64,000 nt of DNA from the human T2T-CHM13v2.0 reference genome, Homo sapiens: assembly GCF_009914755.1 (NCBI RefSeq), contig NC_060937.1. One strand, given 5' to 3'. This document shows, piece after piece, positions 1-13,700 of the stretch. Below the pieces are notes generated by a model that worked only from the letters and a program-made list of their open reading frames with translations, made no database searches and was not told the DNA's origin. The position numbers and the translations under genes are program-made. Position 1 is the first letter of the stretch, and every line of letters starts with the position of its first letter.

Positions 1-345
1 CTCCACTCCACTCCATTCCCCTCCACTCCACTCCATTCCCCTCCACTCCACTCCCCTCCATTCCATTCCATTCCATTCCATTCCACTCCACTCCAATCCG
101 TTCCACTCCACTCCACTCCACTCCATTCCAGTACATTCCATTCCATTCCATTCCATTCCGTTCGTTTCCACTTCACCCCTCTCCACTGCACTCTACTCCA
201 CTTCATTCCATTCCATTCCACTACATTCCATTCCAGTCCACTCCTTTCATCTCCACTCCACTTCATTCCATTCCATCGCATTCCATTCCACTCCATACCA
301 CTCCACTCCACTCTGCTATACTCCACTGAATTCCATTCCATTCCT

Positions 346-408
346 TTCTTTTGACAGCATCTCACTCTGTCACCCAGGCTGGCATGCAGTGGCACAAACT
401 AGGCTCAC
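346..408 (-). mobile_element. Alu right-arm 3'-end fragment (antisense); representative of the amplified fragment
   Basis: TTCTTTTGACAGCATCTCACTCTGTCACCCAGGCTGGCATGCAGTGGCACAAACTAGGCTCAC matches the antisense Alu 3' consensus TTTGAGACGGAGTCTCGCTCTGTCGCCCAGGCTGGAGTGCAGTGGCGCGATCTCGGCTCAC with CpG decay. Confidence 0.9.
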
Positions 409-419
409 ATTTCATTTCA

Positions 420-3400
420 CCATTCCATTCCATTCTATTCCATTCCATTCCATTCCATTCCATCCCATTCCATTCCAGTCGAGTCCATTCCATTCCATTC
501 TATTCCGTTCTATTCCATTCCCTTTCAGCCCATTCCATTATAGTCCGTTCCATTCCATTCCATACTATTCCTTTATATTCCATTTCATTCCATTCCATTT
601 CATTCCATTCCTTTCGAGTCCATTCTATTCGATTCCATTATATTCCAGTCCATTCCAATCTATTCCATTCCATTCCATTCCATTCAATTTCATTCCATTG
701 AATTACATTCCATTCGATTCCATTGCACTCGAGTCCATTCCATTTGTGTGCATTCCGTTCCAGTCCATTATATTGGAGTCCATTCCATTCCATTCCATTC
801 CATTGGCTTTCATTTAACTCAATTTCATTCCATTCGAGTCTTTCCATTCCATTCCATTCCATTCCATTCAAAACAGTTCCATTCGGATCTGTTCAATTCG
901 ATGCCATTCCTTTTGATTCCGTTCCATTAGATTCCATTCCATTTGATTCCATTCCATTCGAGTCCATTCCATTCCATTCCATTCCATTCCATTCCATTCC
1001 ATAGGATTCCACTCAATTCCTGTCCTTTCCATTCGAATCCTTTCCAATCCATTCCATTCCATTCAATTCCAATCCATTTTGTTCGATTCCATTCCGTGCC
1101 ATTCCATTACATTCGATTCGATTCGATTCCATTCCATTCCATTCCATTTCATTGCATTCCATTCCATTCCATTCCATTCCATCCATTCCATTCCATTTCA
1201 TTGCATTCCATTCCATTACATTCCATTCCATCCATTCCATTCTGTTCGAGTCCATTCCATTCCATTCCATGCTATTCCATTCCATTCGAATCCATTCCAT
1301 TCCATTCCATTTCGTTGCGTTCTATTCAATAGCATTCCTTTCGATTCCGTTCCATTCGATTCCATTCCATTCCATTCTCTTCGAGTCCATTCCATTCCAT
1401 TCCATGCTATTCCATTCCATTCCATTCCATTCCATTGCATTCCATTCCATTCCAATCCATTCCATTCCATTCGAGTTCTTGCCATTCCTGTCCATTCCAT
1501 TTGAGTCCATTCCAATCCACTACATTCCATTTGATTCCATTCCATTGAATTGCATTGCATTCGAGACTGTTCCATTCTAGTCCATTCCTTTTGATTCCAT
1601 TCCATTCCATTCCATTCCTTTCGAATCCATTCCTTTCGAGTCCTTTCCATTCCAGTCCATTCCTTTCGAATCCATTCCATTGCAGTCCTTTCCCTTCCAG
1701 TCCATTCCATTCCTTTCCACTCCATTCGCTTCCATTCCATTCGATTCCATTCCATTCCACTGCATTTCATTTTAATCCATTCCATTGGAGACCATTCCAT
1801 TTGAGTCCATTCCATTTAAGACCATTCGAGTACATTCCATTTTAATGCATTCCATTCGAGTCCATTCCATTCGAGTCCATTCCATTCGAGTCCAGTCTGT
1901 TCCTGTTCATTGCATTCAATTACTTTCCATTCCATTCCATTGCATTCCATTCCATTCTATTCCATTCCATTCCTTTCCATTCCATTCCATTCCCTTCCAC
2001 TCGAGACCATTCCATTCCAGTCCATTCCGTTCGTGTCCATTCCATTCCTGTCCATTCCATTCGATTCCATCCCATTCGACTCCATTCCATTCGATTCCAT
2101 TCTATTCAAGTGCATTGTATTCGCGGCCATTCCAAAGGAGTCCATTACATTCGAGTCTGATAGATTCCATTCTATTTGATTGCATTCCATTCAATTCTTT
2201 TCCAATCGATTGCATTCCATTCGAGTCCATTCCAATGGATTTCATTCCATTCAAGTCCATTCCATACGAGTCCATTGCATTCCAGTCCATTGCATTCGAT
2301 TCCATTCCATTCCAGTCCATTACATTTGATTCCATTCCATTCCATTCTACTCCATTCCTTTCCATTCCTTTCCTTTCCTTTCCTTTCCATTCCATTTGAG
2401 TCCATTCCCTTCGAGTCCGTGCCATTTCATTCTATTATATTCGAATCCATTCCATTCCATTCCATTCCATTCCATTCCATTCCATTCCATTCGAGTCCAT
2501 TCCATTCAAGTTTATTATATTTGAGTCCATTCTTTCCATTCCATTCTACGTGATTCCATTCCATTCCAGTCCATTAAATTCGAATTAATTCCATTCCATT
2601 GCACTTCATTCCATCTGATTCTATTCCATTCGATTCCATTCCGTTTGATTCCAATCCTTGCCATTCCATGCCATTCGATTCCATTCCATTCCATTCCTTT
2701 CCATTCCATTCCATTCCATTCCATTCCATTCCATTCCATTCCTTTCCATTCCATTCCATTCCATTCTATTCGAGACCGTTCCATTCAAGTCCTTTCAATT
2801 CGTTCCATTCCACTTTATTCCATTCCTTTTGATTCCATTCTATTCTATTACATTCCATTCGAGTCCATTCCATTTGACTCTATTCCATTTGATTCCAATC
2901 CATGCGAGTCTATTTTATTGGAGACAGTTCCATTCCAGTCCATCCATTTCGAATCCATTCCATTCCAGTTCAGTCCATTTCATTCCATTCTTTTCCCTTC
3001 CATTTGAGGCCATTCCCGTCCTTTCCATTCATTGTGATTCCATTCCGTTGAATTCCATTCCATTTGATTCTATTCCATTTGACTCCATTCCATTTGAGTC
3101 CATTCCATTCCAGTCCATTAATGCGAGTACATTCCATTCCATTCCAGTCCATTCCATCGAGTCCATATCATTCCATTCCATTTCATTCCATTCCATTCCG
3201 TTCCATTCCATTCGATTCCATTCCATTCGATTGCATTCCATTTTATTCCATTCCTTTTGAATCCATTCCATTCCAGTCCATTCCAATCGAGTCCATTCCA
3301 TTCGATTCTATTGCATTCCAGTCCATTCCTTTTGATTCCATTCAATTTGATTCCATTCCATTCGAGTCCATTCCATTCGAGTCCCTTCCTTTCGAGTCCA

Positions 3401-6400
3401 TTCGATTATAGTCCATTCCATTCCACTCCATTCCTTTCCATTGCATTCCATTCCATCCGATTGTATTCCATTCGAGTCAATTCCATTCAAGTCTATTCCC
3501 TTCTACTCATTTACATTCGAGTACATTCCAATCCTATCCATTCCATTTTGTTCCATTCCATTCGAGTCCATTCCATTCTAGTCCATTCCAATACAATCCA
3601 TTACAATCGAGTCCATCCCATTATTTACGATTCCATTACATTACATTGCATTTGAATCCATTCCATTTGAGTCCATTCTTTCGAGTCCATTCCATTGCAG
3701 TCCATTCCATTAGATTCCATCCCATTCGAGTCCATCCTACTCGATTGCATTCCATTTGAGACCATTTCGTTTAATTCCATTCCATTCGAGTCCATTCCAT
3801 TCAAATCCTTTTCATTCAAGTCCATTTCATTCAAGTACATTCCATTCCAGTCCTTTATATTCGAGTATATTCCATTCCATTCGATTCCATTCCATTCCAT
3901 TCCATTATATTCTATTTGATTCTATTCCATTTGACTCCATTCCATGTGAGTCCATTTGATTCCAGTCCTTTCCATTACAGTCCTTTACATTCGAGTCCAT
4001 TCCATTCCATTCCACTCCGTTGGATTCCATTCCATTTGATTGCATTTCATTCCCTTCGAATCCATTCCATTCGATTCCATTCCATTCAATTGCATTCCTT
4101 TCAAGTCCATTCCATTGGAGTCCATTCCATTCGAGTCCATTCCATTTCAGTCCATTCCATTTGATTCGATTCCAATCCATTCCATTCTCTTCCATTCCAT
4201 TCCATGCGAAACCGTTCCCTTCCAGTCCATTTCATTCAATTCCTTTCCATTAGATTCCATTCCATTCGATTGCATTCCATTCGAGTCCATTCCTTTCGAG
4301 TACATTCCATTCGAATCCATTCCATTGGAGTCCATAGCATTCCATTCCATTACATTAGAGTCCATTCCATTCCATTCCATTCTATTCTGTTCCATTGCAT
4401 TCCATTGCATTCGATTCCATTCCATTCGGGTCCATTCCATTAGAGCCCATTCCATTCCATTCCATTCGAGTACGTTCCACCCCATTCTATTCCAGTCCGG
4501 TCCATTCCATTTGGTCCCATTCTAATTTATTCCATTAAATTCGATTCCATTCCATTCCATTCCATTCCATTCCATTCCAGTCCTTTCTATTGCATTCCAT
4601 TCCATTCCATTCCATTCCATTCCATTCTGTACGATTTCATTCCATTTCATTCCATTCCATTCAATTCATTTACATTCTACTCGATTCCATTCCATTCAAT
4701 TTGATTCCATTGCATTCCACTCCATTCCGTTCCATTGTGTTCCTTTCCATTCCTTTTAATTGCATTCAATTCAATTCCATTCCATTCCAGTCCATTCCAT
4801 TCCATTCCATTCCATTCCATTCCATTCCATTGCAATCAATTCCATTCCATTCAACTCCAATCCTTTGGGGTCCATTCCATTCCATTCCATTGCATTCAAT
4901 TCCATTTCATTCGACTCCAGTCCTTTGGAGTTCATTCCATTCCATTCCATTCCACTCCACTTCACTAAACTCCATTCCATCCACTCCACTTCCTTCCATT
5001 CCACTCCTTTGCAATCCATTAACTCCATTCCATTCTATTCCATTCCATTCCATTGCATTACATTCCACTCCACTCCATTACACTCCATTCCGTTCAATTC
5101 CACTCCTTCCCCTTCCATTACATTTGACTCCATTAAACTCCACTCCCCTCCTCTACATTCAATTCCATTCCACCCCATTCCATTCCAGTCTATTACACTC
5201 CACTCCACTTCACCGCAATCCGTTCGATTCCATTTGGTGCCGTTCAACTCCTTTCAATTTGATTCCATTCCATTTGATTCCATTCCATTCGATTCCATTC
5301 CATTTAATTTGATTCCACTCCATTTGATTCCATTCCATTCGATCCGTTTTCATTTGATTTCATTCCATTCGATTCTGTTACATTCGATTCTCTTACATTC
5401 GATTCTGTTACATTCCATTCCATTCCATTGGATTCCATTCCGTTCCATTCCATTCCATTCCTTTCCAGTCCATTCCAATCGATTCCATTCAATTGAATTC
5501 ATTTCCACTAGATTCCATTCCGTTCAAGTCCATTTCATTCGAGTCCATTCAATTCCAGTCCATTCCATTCGAGTTCATTGCATTTGATTCCATTCCTTTC
5601 CATTATATTACATTACATTACATTCTATTATATTTGATTCCAATCCATTCGAGTCGATTCCATTCCAGTCTATTCCATTGGATTCCATTCTATTCAATTC
5701 CATTCCATTTGATTCCATTACATTAGATTCCATTCCATTCTATTGCATTCCATTCGAGTTCATTCCATTCCAATCCATTCCATTCGAGTCCACTCAATTC
5801 CTGTCCATTACGTTTGGGTCCATTCCATTTCATTCCATTCTATTCCATTCCATTCCATTCCATTCTGTCCGATTCCATTCCATTAGATTACAATCCATTA
5901 GATTCTTTGCCATTTATCTCCATTCCACTCAATTACATTCCATTCGATTCCATTCCATTCCATTCCACACCATTCCATTCCATTCGATTGCATTCCTTTC
6001 TGTTCCATTCCATTCGATTCTATTGCCATCAATTCCATTCCTTTCGATTCCTTTCCTTTTTAGTCCATTCTATTCGAGTCCATTCCATTTGAGTCCATTC
6101 TATTCCAGTGCATTCCATTCGAGTCCATTCCATTCCATTTCATTCCATTAGTTTCCATTCCATTCAAGACTTCCACTCGATTCCATTCCTTTTGATTCCA
6201 TTCCATTTCATTCCATTCCATTGCATTCCATTCGATTGCATTCCATTTGATTCCATTCCATTAAATTAGATTTCATTCCATTCTATTCCATTCTATTCAA
6301 TTCCTTTCCTTTCGAGTCCTTTCCATTCGAGTCCATTCTAATTAATTCCATTTCCTTCCTGTCCATTTCATTCGATTCCTTTCCATTCGATTCCTTTCCA

Positions 6401-7780
6401 TTCGATTCCATCCCGATTGATTCCATTCCGTTCGATTACATTCCATTCGAGTCCATCCAATTGAATCCATTCCATTTCAGTCCATTCTATTCGTGTCCAT
6501 TCCATTCCATTCCATTTTATTCCATTCGAGTCCCTTCCATTCAATTCCATTCCCTTTGAATCTGTTCCATTTCAGTCCATTCCATTCGAGTCCATTCCAT
6601 TCCGGTACATTTCATTCGAGTCCATTCCATTCTATTCCATTCTATTCCTTTCCATTCCATTCGATTAGATTCCATTTGGGACAGTTCTATTACACTCCAT
6701 TCCATTAGAGTCCATTCCAGTCTATTCCATTGCATTCCACTCCATTCAATTCCATTCCATTCAATTCCAATTCATTCCAATCCATTCAATTCCAGTCCAT
6801 TCCATTCCTTTCCTTTGCATTCCATTCCGTTCAAATCCATTCCACTTCATTCCATTCCATTCCATTCCATTCCATTCCATTCCATTCCATTCCAATTCAT
6901 TCCAGTCCATTCCATTCCAGTCCATTCCATTCCTTTCCTTTCCATTCTATTCCGTTCAAATCCATTCCATTCCATTCCGTTCCATTCCATTCCATACCAT
7001 TCCACTCCATTCCATGCCATTCCAGTCCATTCCTTTTGAGTCCATTCCGTTCAAATCTATTCCATTCCGTTCCATTCCGTTCCATTCCATGCCATTAGAT
7101 TCTATTCCATTCCATTGTGTTACATTCAATTCCATTCCATTCCATTTGAATCCATTCCATTATATTCCATTCCATTCCCTTCCCTTCCATTCGATTCCAT
7201 TCCATTTGATTTGATTCGATTCCTTTCCATTCTAATCCATTCCATTCCATTAAATTCTATTCCATTCCATTCGATTCCATTTCATTCAATTCCATTCCTT
7301 TCGATTCCATTCCACTCCAGGCCATTTCATTCGAGTCCGTTCCATTCCATTAAATTCTATTCCATTCTATTCCACTCCATTCCATTCCATTCTTTTCCAT
7401 TCCATTCCTTTCCTTTCAGGACCATTCCATTCCTGTCCATTCCATTCGAATCCATTCTATTCCATTTGATTCCATTCTGTTCGATTCCTTTCCATTCGAT
7501 TGCATTCCATTCCAGTCCATTCCATTCGAGTCCATTCCATTTCTATTCCTTTCTTTTCCATTCTTTTCCATTCGAGTCCATTCCATTCCACTCGATTCTA
7601 TTCCATTTGATTCCATTGCATTCCAGACCGTTCCATTCCGTTCCATTCAATTCAAGTCCATTCCATTCGATTACATTTCATTAGATTCCATTTCATTCGA
7701 TTCCATTCCATTCGAGTCCATTCCATTCCATTCCATTCCAGTCTATTCCATTCGAATCCATTCTGTTCTATTCCATTCCA
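420..7780 (+). repeat. Alu-free HSat3 sub-block rich in CATTCGAGTC/CATTCGATTC variants
   Basis: Frequent TCGA-containing pentamer variants, few CCACT apart from an island at ~4950-5215, and no Alu fragments. Confidence 0.85.
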
Positions 7781-10700
7781 TTCCATACCACTCCGTTCTA
7801 CTTTACTCCACTCCACTACACTAAATTCCATTATATCCAACTCCATTCCATGCCATTCCACTCCTCTCCTCTGCACTGCACTCCACAGCCCTCCATTCCA
7901 CTCCATCCCATTCCATTCTGCTCCATTCCACTGCAATCTTCTCCACCCCACTCATCTCCACTTCATTCCATTCCATTCCATTCCATTCCATTCCATTCCA
8001 TTCCATTCCATTCCATTCCATTCCATTCCATTCCACTCCACTCCATTCCATTCCATTCCATTCCATTCCATTCCATTCCATTCCATTCCACTCCATTCCA
8101 TTCCATTCCATCTCATTGCATTCGTCTCCATTCCAGTCAACTCTACTTCACCCCACTCCTCTCCACTTCAGTCCACTCCATTCGATTCCATTCCATTCAC
8201 TGCATTCTGTTCTATTCCTTTCTTTCAAAAGTATCTCACTCTGTCACCCAGCCTGCAGCGCAGTGACACAATCTCAGCTCACATTTCATTTCATCATTCA
8301 ATTGCATTCCATTCCACTCTATTCCACTCTACTCCACTCCACTCCAATCCATTCCACTCCACTCGACTCCAGTCCATTCCACTCCACTCCTTTCCATTCC
8401 ATCCCATTTCATTCCAGTCCTTTCCACTCCACACCAATCCTCCCCACTCCATTCCATTCCACTCCTTTCCTTTCCATTCCTTTCTTTTGACAGGATCTCA
8501 CTCTGTCACCAAGGCTTGTGTGCAGTGGCACAATCTCATCTCATATTTTAGTTCACCATTTCATTCCATTCCATTCTATTACACTGCACTCCACTCCACT
8601 CCACTGAATTCTACTCCACTCCACTCCAATCGATTCGATTCCATTCCATTCCAATCCCTTCCATTCCACTCCTTTCTTTCGACAGGATCTCCCTCTGTCA
8701 CACAGGCTGTAGCACGTGGCACAATCTCAGCACACATTCCTTTTCACCATTTCATTCCATTCCATTTCATTCCATTCCATTCCATTACAATTCATTCCAT
8801 TCCACTGCATTCCATTTCACTCTACTCCAGTCCACTCCACTCCATTTCATTCCGCCGCATTCCATTCCACTCTTTTCCACTCTTTTCCACTCCATTCCAC
8901 TCCATTCCATTTCATTCCACTCCATTCCATTCCACTCCACTCCACTCCTCTCAATCCCATTCCACTCCACTCCACTCCATTTCACTCCACTCCATTCCAT
9001 TTCATTCCATTCCACTCCATTCCATTCCCTTCCACTCCATTCCATTCCCTTCCCTTCCATTCCATTCCATTCCATTGCATTCCACTCCACTCCTTTCCTC
9101 TCCCTTCCATTACACTCCACTCAATTCCATACCATTCCATTCCTTACCATTCCATTCCTTACCATTCCATTCCACTCCACTCCATTCCATTCCATTGCAG
9201 TCCACTCCACTCTGCTCCACTCCACTCCACTTCACTGCACTCCTTTTCACTCCATTCCATTTCACTCCATTGCATTCCATTCCTTTCTTTCGACACTATA
9301 TCACTGTCACTCAGGCTGGAGAGCAGTGGCACAGTCTCTGCTCACATTACATGACAACTTTCCATTTCATTGCATTCTATTCCATTGCATTCCATTGCAT
9401 TCCATTCAATTCCATTCTATTCCATTCCATTCCTTTCCACTCCACTCCACTCCACATTCCATCCCATTCCACTCCACTCCACTCCACTACATTACCTCAC
9501 ATCCAATTCCATTCCACTCCATTCCACTCCTCTCCACTCCCCTTCTCTCTAAACCACTCCATTCCACTCCATCCCATTCCATTCCACTGCATTCCACTGG
9601 TCTCCGCTCCACCCCACTCCACTCCACTTTATTCCATTCCATTCCATCCCATTCCATTCCTCTCCATTCCACTCCACTCCACTCCACTTCACTTCACTCC
9701 ACTCTAGTCCACTCCATTCCAATCCATTCCATTCCACTACATTCCATTCCATTCCTTTCTTTCGAGAGTATTTCACTCCATCACCCAGCCTGGAGAGCAG
9801 TGGCACAATCTCAGCTGACATTTCATTTCACCATTCCATTCAATTCCGTTCCATTCAGTTCCATTCTGCTGTACTCCACTCCACTCCATTGCAATCCATT
9901 CCACTTCACTGCACTCCATTCCATTCCACTCCACTCCTTTCCCTTCCATCCCATTCCATTGCACTCCTTTCCTCTCCAATCCACTCTACTCCACTCCATT
10001 CCATTCCATTGCACTCCATTAGATTGCATTCCTTTCATTTGACAGGATCTCACTCTGTCACCCAGGCAGGAGTGCAGTGGCACAATCTCAGCCCATTTTT
10101 CATTTCACCATTCCATTCCTTTCCATTCCACTGCACTCCACTCCAATACACTGAATTCCACTCCACTCCACTCCAACCTATTCCATTCCGTGCAATTCCA
10201 ATCCCTTCCATTCCACTCCTTTCTTTTGACAAGATCTCCCTCTCTCACACAGGGTGTAGCGCAGTGGGACAATCTCAGCACACATTTCTTTTCACCATTC
10301 CTTTCCACTTCATTTCATTCCTTTCCATTCCTTTTCATTCCATTCCATTCATTTCCATTGCATTCCATCCCACTCCATTCCATTCCATTCCACTCCATTC
10401 AATTCCATTCCACTCCATTCCATCCCATTCCACTCCACTCCATTCCATTCCACTCCAATCCATTCCACTCCACTCCTCTCCACTCCACTCCTCTCTACTC
10501 CACTCCACTCCATTCCTTTCCATTCCATTCCATTCCATTCCATTCCATTCCATTCCATTCCATACCATTCCTTTCCTTTCTTTCCAAAGGATTTCACTCT
10601 GTCACAGAGGCTAGAGTGAAGTGGCACAATCTCAGCTCACATTTCTTTTCACCATTCAATTACATTCCACTCCATCCCATTCCAGTCGACTCCATTGCAC

Positions 10701-13700
10701 TAAACTCCATTCCACTCCACTCAAATCCATTCCATTCCATTCCATAACATTTCACTCTATTGCATTCCATAGCTTCCTTTCCACTGTATATCACTGTGTC
10801 ACCCAGGCTTGAGTGCAGTGGCACTATCTCAGCTCATATTACGTGTCAACTTTCCGTTGCATTGCATTCTATTCCATTGCATTCAATTGCATTCCATTCC
10901 TTTCCATTACATCCTTTCCATTCCATTCCTTTCCCTTCCATTCCACTCCTTTCGACTCCACTCCACTCCTCTACATTCCATTACATCCGATTCCATTCCA
11001 CTACATTCCACTCCTCTCCATTCATCTGCACTCCACTCCACTCCATTCCACTCCATCCCAATCCATTCCACTCCATTCTACTGCACTTCCCTCCACCCCT
11101 CTCCACTCCACTTCATTCCATTCCATTCCATCCCATTCCATTCCCCTCCATTCCACTCCACTCCACTTCTCTCCGGTCCACTCCTCTCCAGTTCACTCCA
11201 TTCCACTCCACTCCACTCCACTCCACTCCAATCACTCCATTCCACTGCATTCCATTCCATTCTTTTCTTTCGAGAGTATCTCACTCTGTCACCCAGCCTG
11301 GAGTGTAGTGGCACAATCTCAGCACACATTTCATTTCACCATTCCTTTCCATTCTATTCCATTCCATTCGATTCAACTCCACTCCACTCCAATGCATTCC
11401 ACTCCTCTCCATTCCCGTCCATTCCATTCCACTCCTTTCCATTCCACTCCTTTCCACTCCACTCCCCTCCAATCCACTCCATTCCATTCCACTCCATTCT
11501 ATTCCTTTGTTTTGACGGGGTCTCACTCTGTCACCCAGGCTGGTGTGCAGTGGCACAATCTCAGCTCATATTTCATTTCACCATTTCACTCCAGTCCATT
11601 CCATTCCACTGCACTCCACTCCACTCCACTCAATTCCATTCCACCCCACTCCAATCCATTCCATTCCATTCCATTCCAATCCCTAACATTCCACTCCTTT
11701 CTTTTGACAGGATCTCTCTGTGTCACACAGGCTGCAGCACAGTGGCACAATCTCAGCACACATTTCTTTTCACCATTTCATTCCATTCCATTCCATTCTA
11801 TTCCTTTCCATTCCAATCCCTTCCACTGCACTCCACTCCACTCCTCTCCATTCCCCTCCACTCCACTCCATTCCACTCCATGCCACTCCATTCCACTCCA
11901 CTCCACTCCATTCCATTCCACTCTACTCCACTCCACTCCATTCCACTCCATTCCACTCCATGCCACTCCATTCCACTCCACTCCACTCCATTCCATTCCA
12001 CTCTACTCCACTCCACTCCTCTCCATTCCACTCCAATCCATCCCACTCCATTCCACTCCATGCCACTCCATTCCACTCCACTCCACTCCATTCCATTCCA
12101 CTCTATTCCACTCCACTCCACTCAATGCCACTCCCCTCCACTACACTCCATTCCACTCCACTCCTCTCCACTCCACTCCACTCCTCTCCACTGCATTACA
12201 TTCTACTCCACTCCACTCCCCTCCACTGCATTACATTCCCCTCCATTCCATTCAATTCCTTTCTTTCCACAGGATTTCACTCTGTCACAGAAGCTGGAGT
12301 GCAGTATCACAATCTCAGCTCACATTTCTTTTCACCATTCCATAGTATTCCATTCCACTCTATTTCATTCCACTCCACTCCACTCCTTTCCGTTCCACTC
12401 CACTCCGTTCCATTCCACTCCACCCCATTCCATTGGACTCCACTCCATTCCACCCCATTCCACTCCACTGCACTCCACTCCACCCCACTCCATTCCATTC
12501 CACTCCATTCCATTCCACTCCATTCCATTCCATTGCACTCCATTCCATTCCATTCCATTCCATTCCACTCCTTTCCATTCCATTCTACTCCACTCCATTC
12601 CGCTCTACTCCATTCAACTCTACTCCTCTCCACTCCACTGCATTCCATTCCATTCCACTCCATTCCATGCCATTCCATTTCACTCCACTCCTTTCCATTC
12701 CATTCCACTCCACTCCATTCCACTCCACTCCTTTCCATTCCATTCCACTCCACCCCATTGCACTCCACTCCATTCCACTCTACTCCCCTCCACTCCACTC
12801 CATTCCATTCCATTCCACTCCATTCCATGCCATTCCATTCCACTCCATTCCAGTCCACTCCATTCCACTCTACTCCATTCCACTGCACTCCACTCCATTC
12901 CATTCCATTCTACTCCATTCCATTCCATTCCTTTATTTCTACTGGATCTCACTCTATCAACCAGACTGGAGTTCAGTGGCACAATCTTAGATCACATTTC
13001 ATTTCACCATTCCATTCCATTCCATTCAATTCCATTCCATACCACTCCGTTCCACTCCACTCCACTCCACTTAATTCCATTACATCCGATTCCTTTCCAC
13101 TCCATTCCACTCCTCTCCTCTCCACTGCACTCCACTCCATTCCACTCCATCCTATTCCAATCTGCTCCATTCCACTGCAATCCCCTCCACCCAACTCATC
13201 TCTGTTTCATTCCATTCCATTCCATCCCATTCCAGTCCACTCCACTTCACCCCACTCCATTTCACTGCAGTCCACTCCATTCCATTCCACTGCATTAAGT
13301 TCTATTCCTTTCTTTTGAAAGAATCTCACTCTGCCACCCAGCCTGGAGCGCAGTGACACAATCTCGGGTCACATTTCATTTCACGATTCTATTCCATTCC
13401 ATTCTATTCTACTCCACTCCACTCTTCTCCACTCCACTCCAATCCATTCCACTCCACTCCACTCCACTCCATTCCAGTCCACTCCACTACACTCCATTCC
13501 ATCCCTCGCCATTCCACTCCTTTCCACTCCACTCCACTCCATTCCATTCCATTCCACTCCATTCCATTCCATTCATTTCTTTTGACAGAATCTCACTCTG
13601 TCACCCAGGCTGGTGTGCAGTGGCACAGTCTCATCTTACATTTCACATCAGCATTCCATTCCATTCCATTCTATTCCACTGCACTCCACTGCACTCCACT

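Noticed and set aside
6661-6673. Possible DUX4 binding site in HSat3 (TCGATTAGATTCC)
   Set aside because: Only a partial match to TGATTAGATTA, and expected by chance in this satellite.
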